64,000 bases of DNA from Bdellovibrionota bacterium (GTDB lineage: Bacteria > Bdellovibrionota_C > UBA2361 > JAAYZI01): contig JBMNIF010000002.1 in the NCBI GenBank assembly GCA_050950765.1, positions 736,001 through 800,000 of the forward strand, given 5' to 3'. Below the pieces are notes generated by a model. The model worked only from the letters and a program-made list of their open reading frames with translations, did not search any database and was not told the origin of the DNA. The stretch's first letter is position 1, and each line of letters starts with the position of its first letter. Positions 9,675-19,247 of this stretch are shown here, in pieces. The position numbers and the translations under genes are program-made.

Positions 9675-10508
9675 ATGGAAATCGATTATGATCTGTTAGA
9701 TTCTGGGAACGGTTTAAAACTGGAGAGGTTCTCTGAAAAAATTTTAATCCGCCCGAGCTCCTTAGCTATCTGGGATAAAAGTGACGAAAAGCTTTGGAAA
9801 AAAGCCGACGCTGTTTATGATCTAGATAAAGGGTGGTGCTACCTCTCTCCGCGTTTTGATGAATGGTCTTTAAAGGTTGGTTCTGATTTACAACTAATTT
9901 TACGTTTGCAAGATAACGGACAGGTCGGACTTTTTCCTGAACATCATCTATATCTTGATCAGATGATTGACGCTATCTCAGATTGTAAAAAAGATAAGGT
10001 GGAGGTCTTAAATCTGTTCGCCTATACAGGTATGGCATCAATACTGTGTGCTAAGGCTGGTGCTTTCGTTACACACTTAGACCTCTCCAGAAAAGCTTTA
10101 AAGTGGGCTAGGCAGAATGTTGATAAAAACGGTTTAAAGGGGGTTCGTTTTATTGAAGATGATGCAGTTACTTTTGTGCAACGTGAAATAAAACGGGGCA
10201 AAAAATACGATCTTATTATTGTAGATCCCCCCAACTTCAGCCGCACCGATAAACGTAAAAGTTGGAATATCGAAAATATCTTGCCGCAACTGCTGGGAGA
10301 TTTAGCTACTTTATCGAATGAGCGTGTTCATATCTTTGCTACAAGTCATTATTTGACCTACGGTGCAAAAGAGATGATGTCAAATATCTTGAGACAGAAG
10401 TTACAACCAAATGAAATCTTTACCCAAGATTTAATCTTAAAAGAGCTTCATTCGGAAAATACTCTTCCTGCTGGAACGTTAGTCTATTGCAAACGAATCC
10501 CCGCTTAA
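9675..10508 (+). CDS. Class I SAM-dependent methyltransferase (RlmI/RlmK-like)
   Basis: LLDSGNGLKLERF, GLFPE, VLNLFAYTG and IIVDPP motifs. Confidence 0.85.
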   Translation: MEIDYDLLDSGNGLKLERFSEKILIRPSSLAIWDKSDEKLWKKADAVYDLDKGWCYLSPRFDEWSLKVGSDLQLILRLQDNGQVGLFPEHHLYLDQMIDAISDCKKDKVEVLNLFAYTGMASILCAKAGAFVTHLDLSRKALKWARQNVDKNGLKGVRFIEDDAVTFVQREIKRGKKYDLIIVDPPNFSRTDKRKSWNIENILPQLLGDLATLSNERVHIFATSHYLTYGAKEMMSNILRQKLQPNEIFTQDLILKELHSENTLPAGTLVYCKRIPA

Positions 10509-10523
10509 AGGTTCGACTAGTTA

Positions 10524-11153
10524 TTATTCTACGCTAACGGCGATAATCCGTTCCCAAAGGTGTTGAACAGGTGTTTTTTCTCCGCTAGCTATAAGGTCGG
10601 AAGTCGTCAAGTTATAACACTCTGCAATCGCTTTCGGACGGGCGTGCTTCTCTTTTTGATTAAGCTTATCCATCTTCGTCAGAACGACTAAAAGATGAAC
10701 ATTAGCTGCAAAGGCGATATCTCGAATAGCTAACTCATCATCTTCTGGATCTCGTCGACAATCGTTAAGTAAACAGATCGTAGTAAGATGCGGGCGATTT
10801 CGGATGTACTCTACTGTTAATTGACTTAGCTTCTCACGTTGAGTCTTGGCAAACTTTGAATAACCGAATCCTGGTAAGTCAGCTAAAATAAGTTGCAACT
10901 CTTTCTCTTCAGCGGAGTCCTGTTCAAGTGCTAGAAGGAGGCTGAAAAGGTTAATCTCGGTGGTACGTCCTGGTGTCTGACTGGTGCGCGCTAATTTGTG
11001 CCGCCCTGTTAATCGATTCACGAGAGTAGATTTTCCGACATTAGACCTGCCGATAATGGCGACCTCTGGAATGCTACATTGCGGTAAGGCTGAAAAAGAT
11101 TGTGCCCCTCCTAAAAAGTCAATATTTTTTATCTTGATAAACATTTTTTCCAC
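10524..11153 (-). CDS. engB: Ribosome biogenesis GTPase EngB/YihA/YsxC
   Basis: GRSNVGKST, TSQTPGRT, DLPGFG and TKMDKL G-boxes. Confidence 0.95.
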   Translation of the reverse strand: MEKMFIKIKNIDFLGGAQSFSALPQCSIPEVAIIGRSNVGKSTLVNRLTGRHKLARTSQTPGRTTEINLFSLLLALEQDSAEEKELQLILADLPGFGYSKFAKTQREKLSQLTVEYIRNRPHLTTICLLNDCRRDPEDDELAIRDIAFAANVHLLVVLTKMDKLNQKEKHARPKAIAECYNLTTSDLIASGEKTPVQHLWERIIAVSVE

Positions 11154-11248
11154 TATATTAAAACAGTCGTGCCGTATTTGCAGTGCCTAAGTTTTTCATT
11201 GCGTTAAAATAGCTTATCCGTATGTGTAATATCTAAGCTTCTACTGTG

Positions 11249-12772
11249 TTAAAATTGTTGTACAGTACTTGCAATACCTAAGGCACTTTTTACGGCGCTA
11301 ATCTTATCGATAACGTGCGCCTTATACCACGTTGGATCCCACCACTCTCTTGGATTTGCCGGAATATTATTAACCCAAAGCTCAACCGTAAAGCCGTTTG
11401 TTAAAGCAAAACCGGAATCTCCGATAGTGCCGATAGTTTGCCCCGCTTGTACTGTATCTCCTAGCTTAACGACATAGTTTCTTAAGTTGCTATAAAGTGA
11501 GAAGAGACCTAAGCCGTGATCAATTACCACAACATTTCCGTAAGTCCCAATATTCCCCGTAAAATGCACAATTCCGGAGTTAATGGTACGAACTTCACCG
11601 TTTTGAGCATCCGATAAAAAGTTAAACCCTAATTGTTTAACGGTGCCGATGTTGGATCCGTTATAGATATAATTAAGGGTGTGACCGAACTCTGTCCTTG
11701 CTGGACCTAACGGTTTAACAAAAGCACCTTGCCAAAGCTTTTCAGATCGTCCACCTGTCCTTAGTTGAGAGAGTATTTCTTCCCTATCGAGGCGGCGTAA
11801 TTCCTTATTAACCAATTCAAAGTTCTGAATTTTCTGTGTAGTGGAGTTAGAAGGATCGTTCCAAGTGTCTTCATCACGTAGAGTAGGAGAGAGGGGTTCA
11901 AGTTTGTTTAAACCTTTTTTGATTAAATCTGGAATGGTTTTTTGTAAAAACTGCTCTGGAACTTGGTTTCTTAAAGAGGCGTATCTGATGGGAGCGATTT
12001 TATTGTAGAAGTTCATGCTCTTAACGTTACCGACACGGTCTTCAGCAAAAAGTGTTGGAGTTTGTTTACTGATCTCAGTAGTCAGATCTATGGCGTAGAT
12101 ACAGACATAAAGGTTGGGAGATTGTTCAAAATCTAAATCTAAAAAACTTGCATTAAACCCATTAAAGATACGATCCCCTACCTTTACGCCGGAGAGTGCG
12201 AGGTTCTCATCTGTCGCTGTATAGAAGATTAGTTGAGAGCCGCCGTGCACGGCGTTGTGTTGTGTTGAAACAACGGCGAGTTTAGGTTTCTTATAATCAA
12301 CGATTAGGTCGTAGCTCTGCTCCGCCGAATTAAACCAGAGACTCTTATCAAAAGCTTTGATTACTAATTGAACACTTCCTTCATTAAGCTCACTTTCTTG
12401 AGCATTGAAAGTAACTTCAATATTTTTACTATGAAGTTTTTTAGAGCCTACACTTAAGGTGCCGTTAAAAATGTCACGTTTTGAACCTTTTTGTATTAAA
12501 GAGATCTTCGCTTCAAAGAGACCAGCGCCCTCATCCGAAATATTCCACCGAAAAGTAACGGGTCTTGCGCCGATTCCGTGAGGTATCTCCCCTATGACTT
12601 TAATAGTCGGAGGTGTTACCTCTAGGAAGGTAGTGTAGAGCCATTTCCATCCAAAAAAAGCAGGGACGCTGAGTAGCCCGAAGCAGATTAAAACTATAAT
12701 TAGGATGCGTAGAGGACGACGCCTACTTTTTTGAGGACGCTCGTTTGTTTGTGAATTATCAACGCTAGTCAT
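11249..12772 (-). CDS. Membrane-anchored M23-family peptidase-domain protein with degenerate zinc ligands
   Basis: N-terminal TM helix and C-terminal YGNVVVIDHGLGLFSLYSNL...GDTVQAGQTIGTIGDSG. The HxxxD and HxH positions read QLGFN and GFT. Confidence 0.8.
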   Translation of the reverse strand: MTSVDNSQTNERPQKSRRRPLRILIIVLICFGLLSVPAFFGWKWLYTTFLEVTPPTIKVIGEIPHGIGARPVTFRWNISDEGAGLFEAKISLIQKGSKRDIFNGTLSVGSKKLHSKNIEVTFNAQESELNEGSVQLVIKAFDKSLWFNSAEQSYDLIVDYKKPKLAVVSTQHNAVHGGSQLIFYTATDENLALSGVKVGDRIFNGFNASFLDLDFEQSPNLYVCIYAIDLTTEISKQTPTLFAEDRVGNVKSMNFYNKIAPIRYASLRNQVPEQFLQKTIPDLIKKGLNKLEPLSPTLRDEDTWNDPSNSTTQKIQNFELVNKELRRLDREEILSQLRTGGRSEKLWQGAFVKPLGPARTEFGHTLNYIYNGSNIGTVKQLGFNFLSDAQNGEVRTINSGIVHFTGNIGTYGNVVVIDHGLGLFSLYSNLRNYVVKLGDTVQAGQTIGTIGDSGFALTNGFTVELWVNNIPANPREWWDPTWYKAHVIDKISAVKSALGIASTVQQF

Positions 12773-12789
12773 GGCAATTTTGCAAAAAA

Positions 12790-13791
12790 TTAAAATTCAA
12801 AAGCTTCTAGATTATCTCCGAAACGCTCTAAGATAAAAACCTTTAACTTCTCCTTAATACGATTTTCAATTTGACGTACCCTCTCACGACTTAAAGATAG
12901 CTTCTCTGAGAGATCCTGCAAAGTCGCTTTCTCTTCAGAGAGGAGTCGTTCCTGATAAATGATGGCTTCATTGGGGTTTAAAGTGTCAAGAAAATCTTTT
13001 AAAGCGAGAGAGATCTGTGCCTTTAACTGTACGTTAGAGAGGATCTCTTCAGCTGTCTCTGTTTCTGAAGGAAAGAGAGAGAGTAACGGAGTGTCTGGAT
13101 CATTTTGTAAGGGAGCATCAACGCTGAGATCTGGTGTGCTCAAACGTTGCTCCATCTCTATTACTTCACTCTCTTTGACGTTAAGTTTTTCCGCTAACAA
13201 CTTCGGCTCTGGGGAAAAACCCTCACGCTCTAGCCTCTCTTTCTCTTTTTTTAAATTAAAAAAAAGTCTACGTTGCGCTTGTGTAGTGCCGATCTTCACC
13301 ATACGCCAGTTGGCGATAATATAACGAACAAGATAAGCTCTGATCCACCAAACTGCATACGATGGAAGTCTTACGCCGCGATACGGGTCAAAATTTTTAA
13401 CAGCCTCCATTAGACCGATATTCCCTTCCTGAATCAGATCTAAGATGCTTCGTGCGGCTTTTTCATAATCACGTGTAATTTTAACAACAAGCCATAAATT
13501 ACTCGTGATAAGTTTATAGACAGCATCTAAGTCATTATGCTCTTTATATCTGACAGCAAGCTCATGTTCCTCTTCTCTACTTAGTGGCGGATAACGACGT
13601 ATTTCACGTAGGTACGCTCGTAAAGGATCGTACGGAACTACCTCCTGAAGACGTGGGGGTGGCAGCAGCTCCTTTTTTGTACAATCCAAGAGTCCTGCAA
13701 CTTTAGCAGTTTTGTCAGGTAGGAGCTCTATTGTAGCAGAATCTTCCTTAAGAGGTGGCTTATCTGTGGTTTGCGTCAAGTCTTTTGTCAT
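12790..13791 (-). CDS. rpoH: RNA polymerase sigma factor RpoH (sigma32)
   Basis: DLIQEGNIGLM, YAVWWIRA, RpoH box TTQAQRRLFFNL and region 4 SRERVRQIE. Confidence 0.93.
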   Translation of the reverse strand: MTKDLTQTTDKPPLKEDSATIELLPDKTAKVAGLLDCTKKELLPPPRLQEVVPYDPLRAYLREIRRYPPLSREEEHELAVRYKEHNDLDAVYKLITSNLWLVVKITRDYEKAARSILDLIQEGNIGLMEAVKNFDPYRGVRLPSYAVWWIRAYLVRYIIANWRMVKIGTTQAQRRLFFNLKKEKERLEREGFSPEPKLLAEKLNVKESEVIEMEQRLSTPDLSVDAPLQNDPDTPLLSLFPSETETAEEILSNVQLKAQISLALKDFLDTLNPNEAIIYQERLLSEEKATLQDLSEKLSLSRERVRQIENRIKEKLKVFILERFGDNLEAFEF

Positions 13792-13903
13792 TGTTCGGCG
13801 AATCCTAACAGAAAGAGAGGAAATGCTACAAGCGGTTACGCAAATAAAACAAACCTTGTTTTATTTTTTTACTATACAAAATCTTCACCCCTTCGGAAAG
13901 GCG

Positions 13904-13931
13904 TTAAGTTGGAAAGCGCATCTGTCGATCT
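13904..13931 (+). promoter_or_regulatory. sigma28 (FliA)-like promoter TTAAGTTG-N12-GTCGATCT upstream of pilB
   Basis: Resembles TAAAGTTT-N11/12-GCCGATAA and has the same spacing as the motif at 57840-57867. Confidence 0.45.
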
Positions 13932-14137
13932 CTTAAGACAGTTCTTGTAGTGCCCTGAGTTTAAAGACTCAATTAGGGGATTTCTGTGTAAGAACCGAGA
14001 TAGAAGGCAAAACGGAACTTTAGGCTACGTTAAAGCATAGTTGTGCAGAGTGTCCCTGTTTTAAGTCCGTTTTTTAAGTATCTACTTTAAAGCGGGAGCA
14101 ATCTGCGGCTGTTCAGTTTTTGTTAAGGAGCGTGAAT

Positions 14138-15832
14138 ATGCAATCACGAGTTGGTGATCTGCTGGTTCGTGCGGGGTTGTTGACCGAAGATCAGTTAAAT
14201 AAAGCCAAAGAGTCACAAGCAGCTACGGGTGGGTTATTGGCTAGCGCCATCATTGCGCTTGGTGCGATCACTGAACAAGATTTCGCAGATCTTCTGAGTG
14301 AACATTATGCTGTGCCTATCGTTACCCTTGACGATTATCAGATTGAAGATAGTGCCGTAAACCTGATTCCGCAAAACCTTGCTACAAAGTACGGTTTAAT
14401 GCCAGTTTTAAAGGAACAGAGCACTTTAACCATAGCCATGATTGATCCGTCAAATGTTGTGGCATTAAACGATATAAAATTTATTACAGGCTTAGATGTT
14501 CGTGCAGTTATTGCACTTGAAAGTGATATCAAAGCAAAACAGGAAAAATATTACGAAGACCATATTTCATACAGCAGTATCATTGATGATATTGAAAGTG
14601 AAGACTTTGAAGTCGTTGCTAACAATGAAGAGCTTGATTTAAGAGAGCTTGAAAAGGCAACGGAGGATGCGCCTGTTGTAAAACTTGTTAACGCTATCTT
14701 GATGGATGCCATTAAGAAAGGTGCTTCCGATATTCATCTGGAGCCTTATGAAAAGGTATTTAGAGTTAGATTCCGTATCGATGGTGTGTTGTATGAAATT
14801 ATGAAACCTCCGATGAAGTTGAAGAATGCTATTACTTCACGCCTAAAAATTATGGCTGATCTCGACATTGCAGAACGGAGGTTACCACAAGATGGACGTA
14901 TTAAATTAAAGATCGGTTCTAATAAAGAGATGGATTTCCGTGTAAACGTTCTACCTACTTTATTTGGGGAGAAGGTAGTTTTACGTTTACTTGATAAGTC
15001 TAATTTGCAACTTGATATGACGAAGTTGGGCTTCTTTCCAGAACAGCTGGAGCATTTTAAAGATGCCATCAGTAAACCACACGGCATGGTGCTTGTAACG
15101 GGACCAACGGGTTCAGGTAAGACTACAACACTTTATTCGGCGCTAGCGGATCTAAATAAAGTAGGCACCAATATTAGTACAGCAGAAGATCCTGTTGAAT
15201 TTAATCTAACAGGTATTAATCAAGCTCAGATGCACGATGAGATCGGATTTAATTTTGCTTCAGCACTACGTGCATTTTTGCGACAAGATCCTGATGTAGT
15301 TATGGTTGGTGAGATTAGAGATTATGAAACTGCTGAAATAGGCATTAAAGCTTCCTTAACGGGTCACTTGGTGCTCTCAACGTTACATACTAATGACGCA
15401 CCATCGACTATTAGCCGTCTGTTAAATATGGGTGTGGAACCGTTTTTGGTAGCATCTTCCGTTAATCTAATTGTGGCGCAACGTTTAGCGCGACGTGTTT
15501 GTAGTCAGTGTGCACAGGAAGTGCACTTAAATCCTGAATTGTTGGTAAATATCGGTATCCCTGCGGAAGAGGCTAGGCATATTAAGGTAATGCAAGGGAG
15601 TGGTTGTGAAGCGTGTTCAGGGACGGGGTATAAAGGGCGTGTTGCTTTATACGAAGTGATGCCGATGATGGAGAGTATTAGAGAGTTAATCCTTAATGGT
15701 GCTTCTACAACAGAGCTAAAAAGGGAGTGTATCAAACAAGGTATGCTGACTTTAAGAGCTTCCGCTTTATTAAGATTAAAAGAAGGTATGACAAGTTTGG
15801 AGGAGGTTCTCCGTGTTACAGCAGCTGATTAA
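14138..15832 (+). CDS. pilB: Type IV pilus assembly ATPase PilB
   Basis: N-terminal RVGDLLVRAG, Walker A GPTGSGKTT, TAEDPVE, LRQDPDVVMVGEIRD and zinc motifs CSQC/CEAC. Start set to ATG 14138 after AAGGAG. Confidence 0.95.
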   Translation: MQSRVGDLLVRAGLLTEDQLNKAKESQAATGGLLASAIIALGAITEQDFADLLSEHYAVPIVTLDDYQIEDSAVNLIPQNLATKYGLMPVLKEQSTLTIAMIDPSNVVALNDIKFITGLDVRAVIALESDIKAKQEKYYEDHISYSSIIDDIESEDFEVVANNEELDLRELEKATEDAPVVKLVNAILMDAIKKGASDIHLEPYEKVFRVRFRIDGVLYEIMKPPMKLKNAITSRLKIMADLDIAERRLPQDGRIKLKIGSNKEMDFRVNVLPTLFGEKVVLRLLDKSNLQLDMTKLGFFPEQLEHFKDAISKPHGMVLVTGPTGSGKTTTLYSALADLNKVGTNISTAEDPVEFNLTGINQAQMHDEIGFNFASALRAFLRQDPDVVMVGEIRDYETAEIGIKASLTGHLVLSTLHTNDAPSTISRLLNMGVEPFLVASSVNLIVAQRLARRVCSQCAQEVHLNPELLVNIGIPAEEARHIKVMQGSGCEACSGTGYKGRVALYEVMPMMESIRELILNGASTTELKRECIKQGMLTLRASALLRLKEGMTSLEEVLRVTAAD

Positions 15833-15869
15833 GGCAGATTGTTTTTGTGTGAATTTGGAGAGGTAAAAA

Positions 15870-17087
15870 ATGGCACTTTATGTTTGGGAGGGAAAAAACA
15901 GCGCTGGTGTTACTGTTAAAGGTGAGATTGAAGCGAAAACACCGCAAGCTGTTTTTAATGCTTTGCGTGCGCAGCAGATTACCCCAATAGCTAGTAAGAT
16001 TAAGGAAAAGGGGAAGGGGCTTGATATGGAGATCAAGCTTCCTGGCATGGGACCGAAGGTGCGCGATAAAGATGTCGTTGTTTTTACAAGACAGTTTGCA
16101 ACCATGATTGATGCGGGACTTCCTCTGGTGCAGGCTTTGCACATATTAGGTGCAAATCATGAGAATAAAGCTTTTAAAAAAGTTTTACTGGGGGTTAAAG
16201 ATAGTGTAGAAGCTGGCGGAACTTTAGCTGAAGGACTGAGTAAATATCCGAAGGCGTTTGATGAGCTTTTTGTAAATATGGTTAAAGCTGGTGAAAGTGG
16301 TGGTATCTTGGATATCATCCTTGAAAGACTCTCAGTGCAACTTGAAAAAAGTATGAAGTTAAAGCGTGAAGTTAAGACAGCTATGATCTATCCTTCTGTT
16401 ATTGTTGCCACTGCTATTATCGTAACTGTTGTCTTGTTAGTCTTCGTTATTCCGACCTTTGCTGAGATGTTTGAAGACTTCGGATCTGCCCTACCGTTAC
16501 CAACACGAATAGTGATGATGATCTCTGATTTCTTTATAAATAACGCTCTTATTATCTTCCCTGGAGCGATAGCGCTTTTTTTCCTATTTATGTTTTTTGC
16601 AAAAACGCCACGTGGAAAGGAAGTGCTTCATCCTGTCGCCTTAAAGTCACCTGTTTTTGGTGAGTTGATTAGAAAAGTTTCTGTGGCGCGTTTTAGTAGA
16701 ACGTTAAGTACTATGCTCAGTTCAGGTGTGCCGATTTTAGATGCACTTAGTATCTGTGCCAAAACTGCAGGGAATATCGTGGTGGAGCGTGATATCAAGA
16801 CAGCTCGTGTTGCGATCTCTGAAGGAAAAACAATGGGAGAGCCGCTTTCAAAATCTGCTGTTTTTCCACCGATGGTTACTTCAATGATAATGGTTGGAGA
16901 GTCGACGGGTGCTGTCGATGCTATGTTAGCAAAGATTGCAGACTTTTATGAAGATGAAGTTGATACAGCTGTTACAGGCTTAAAACAGTTGATAGAGCCT
17001 ATAATTATCCTCGTCTTAGGTGTGATTATCGGTGGTTTGGTTGTGGCGATGTATCTACCGATCTTCAAACTGGGTAGCGTTGTGTAA
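15870..17087 (+). CDS. pilC: Type IV pilus inner-membrane platform protein PilC
   Basis: FTRQFATMIDAGLPL, GESGGILD and AMYLPIFKLG; two T2SSF-type domains. Confidence 0.95.
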   Translation: MALYVWEGKNSAGVTVKGEIEAKTPQAVFNALRAQQITPIASKIKEKGKGLDMEIKLPGMGPKVRDKDVVVFTRQFATMIDAGLPLVQALHILGANHENKAFKKVLLGVKDSVEAGGTLAEGLSKYPKAFDELFVNMVKAGESGGILDIILERLSVQLEKSMKLKREVKTAMIYPSVIVATAIIVTVVLLVFVIPTFAEMFEDFGSALPLPTRIVMMISDFFINNALIIFPGAIALFFLFMFFAKTPRGKEVLHPVALKSPVFGELIRKVSVARFSRTLSTMLSSGVPILDALSICAKTAGNIVVERDIKTARVAISEGKTMGEPLSKSAVFPPMVTSMIMVGESTGAVDAMLAKIADFYEDEVDTAVTGLKQLIEPIIILVLGVIIGGLVVAMYLPIFKLGSVV

Positions 17088-17132
17088 AAGATATTATTTG
17101 AAAGATATGAGTTTATAAAAGTTGTAGTTGAG

Positions 17133-19121
17133 ATGAATGATCTGATACGGGCAGAAACCGTTAAAATAAAGGAAAAGACATTAGTCAGCGTTAGGTTATG
17201 TCTGCTGGCAGGAGCTTTGATCTCTGCTTCATTCTTTCAATTTACGGTTTATAAAAAATTTCCAGAATTGAGCGATCTCTTCTCACGTAGTGTCCTGTGT
17301 CTTGTTACCTTTATGATATTTTCGTTAATCTGGATCTCTTTAAAAAAGACAAGCACTACTTGGATCCTCCTTGCAACAGTGATCGATATTTTTATTGTGA
17401 CGGTAGCTGTTTATTTAACAGGTGCTTCTATCAGTCCGTTACTTGTTTTGTATCTTCCGCTCTTAATGGGGTGTGTAATATTAACTTCAAGAAGATGCGG
17501 TTTTATTGCCGCAGGAGTGGCACTTGGCGTATATGCTTTATTACTGATAGCGATCTCTTATAACCTTTTACCGAATGATGGAGGGTCTGAAATTGCTTTA
17601 ACAACGGGGCTGCTTTTACAGTTTTTAGGGCTTGCTTTTGCTATGGTGTTAGTTGTGTATGCAACTGATTTTTTACGCAAAGCACTTTATGCCGGAACTG
17701 AACTGGTTGCGCAGCACCAAAAAAATTTAATTGAGCTTAATGCCGCTCAAGAGATTCTGATCGAAGGAATTCCTGATAGTGTTATTGTTGTAGATAATGG
17801 TGGGCTTATCGTAAGGATAAATCAACCAGCTGCTGACCTGTTTTGTGTTGATAAAAAAGATGCACTTGGTAAAGAGTTTAAAGAATTTTTTACCAAGTGT
17901 TTTCCGGATCACGATGATTTTCAATTTGAACTTGGGCAACATGAAGTAAATCTGATTGATCTTACAGGAAGAGAGTTTCGTTTTGAGTATTCATTTCAAG
18001 CGATATCGAATACAGAGGGAGAAAAGACGGGGGCATTTTATGTTTTACAAGATATTACAAAATTAAGATCAGCAGAGGATTTGCTTTCTTTGCAGGAGCG
18101 TATGGCGGAGCTTCTTTCAGAGCAGAGAGCTTCAGTAGTAACACATCTGAAACTTAATAAGTTTGTCGGAGAAAGTAAGGCCATGCGAGATGTCTTTGAA
18201 TTGATCGCCCGTGTAGCACCGTCTGAAGCAAATGTGTTGATTAGTGGAGAGTCGGGAACAGGTAAAGAGCTTGTTGCAAAAGCTATTCATTTAAACGGCA
18301 GTCGTGCTACCAAACCGTTTGTAGCGTTAAACTGTGGCGCTGTACCGGAAACGTTACTTGAATCTGAACTGTTCGGATATAAAAAAGGTGCTTTTACCGG
18401 TGCTGATTCAGATCAGATCGGGATGTTCCAACAAGCAGATGGGGGTACACTTTTTCTCGATGAAATAGGCGAAATGCCGCTACACCTCCAAGCAAAACTA
18501 CTACGAGTAGTGCAAGAAAAGAAAGTGCGCATGCTTGGTGCTGAGCAGGAGAAGGCAGTCGATGTGCGGATCCTTTCCGCTACGAACCGTAATTTGGAAG
18601 AAGAGGTTGCAAACGGTCAATTTAGACAAGATCTTTTCTATCGTTTAAATGTGGTGGCGATAAAAATCCCGCCATTAAGGGAGCGCAAAGAAGACCTGCC
18701 GCTTCTAGTTAATTCTATCCTTTCATCTTTAGCTCGTGATGGAGTGATGCCCGTTGTTACACCTGAAGCGATGAAGTGTTTACTTCATTATGATTATCCT
18801 GGGAATGTGCGAGAGTTGGAAAATGCTCTTGAGCGTGCAGTGGTGTTTGGCGGGGAGGTGATCTTGCCTGCGCATCTGACAGAGTGCATCAGAGAGGCGG
18901 CTGCCTATAATAAAAAAAGTGAAGTAGCTGCACTTGAAGAGATCGTTAATGCTGCTGATGCGATAAAGTTACCTGTTAATCTTGAGGAAGTTTTAGGAGA
19001 TCTTGAGAAACAGTATTTAGAATCGGCTTTAAAGGCTAGTGCTGGCGTTAAAGGTAAGGCTGCTGCGTTACTCGGACTTACGCCCAGATCTTTTAGGTAC
19101 AGGTTGCAAAAATTTGAATAA
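17133..19121 (+). CDS. Membrane-bound sigma54-dependent activator, PilS-like TM/PAS region fused to PilR-like AAA+/HTH
   Basis: About 6 TM helices, PAS (IPDSVIVVDNGG...QDIT), then GESGTGKE, GAFTGA, LFLDEIGE, FRQDLFYRLNV, YPGNVRELEN and HTH AAALLGLTPRSFRYRL. No HisKA, HATPase or receiver domain. Confidence 0.9.
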   Translation: MNDLIRAETVKIKEKTLVSVRLCLLAGALISASFFQFTVYKKFPELSDLFSRSVLCLVTFMIFSLIWISLKKTSTTWILLATVIDIFIVTVAVYLTGASISPLLVLYLPLLMGCVILTSRRCGFIAAGVALGVYALLLIAISYNLLPNDGGSEIALTTGLLLQFLGLAFAMVLVVYATDFLRKALYAGTELVAQHQKNLIELNAAQEILIEGIPDSVIVVDNGGLIVRINQPAADLFCVDKKDALGKEFKEFFTKCFPDHDDFQFELGQHEVNLIDLTGREFRFEYSFQAISNTEGEKTGAFYVLQDITKLRSAEDLLSLQERMAELLSEQRASVVTHLKLNKFVGESKAMRDVFELIARVAPSEANVLISGESGTGKELVAKAIHLNGSRATKPFVALNCGAVPETLLESELFGYKKGAFTGADSDQIGMFQQADGGTLFLDEIGEMPLHLQAKLLRVVQEKKVRMLGAEQEKAVDVRILSATNRNLEEEVANGQFRQDLFYRLNVVAIKIPPLRERKEDLPLLVNSILSSLARDGVMPVVTPEAMKCLLHYDYPGNVRELENALERAVVFGGEVILPAHLTECIREAAAYNKKSEVAALEEIVNAADAIKLPVNLEEVLGDLEKQYLESALKASAGVKGKAAALLGLTPRSFRYRLQKFE

Positions 19122-19247
19122 CTTCAGATAGTATTTTTTAGGTAGTAACGCCGCCTTTTAAAGCTTGATCGGCGTAACTCTCTTTTTTTAAAGTGAAACA
19201 CTTTCTTAGATCAAGCTCTTTTACAAAGAAAGAGAACGCTCTCGTAC

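Noticed and set aside
13792..14137. ncRNA, riboswitch or sigma54 promoter in the rpoH-pilB spacer
   Set aside because: No recognisable RNA family and no correctly spaced TGGC-N-TGC -24/-12 motif found by eye here or in other spacers.
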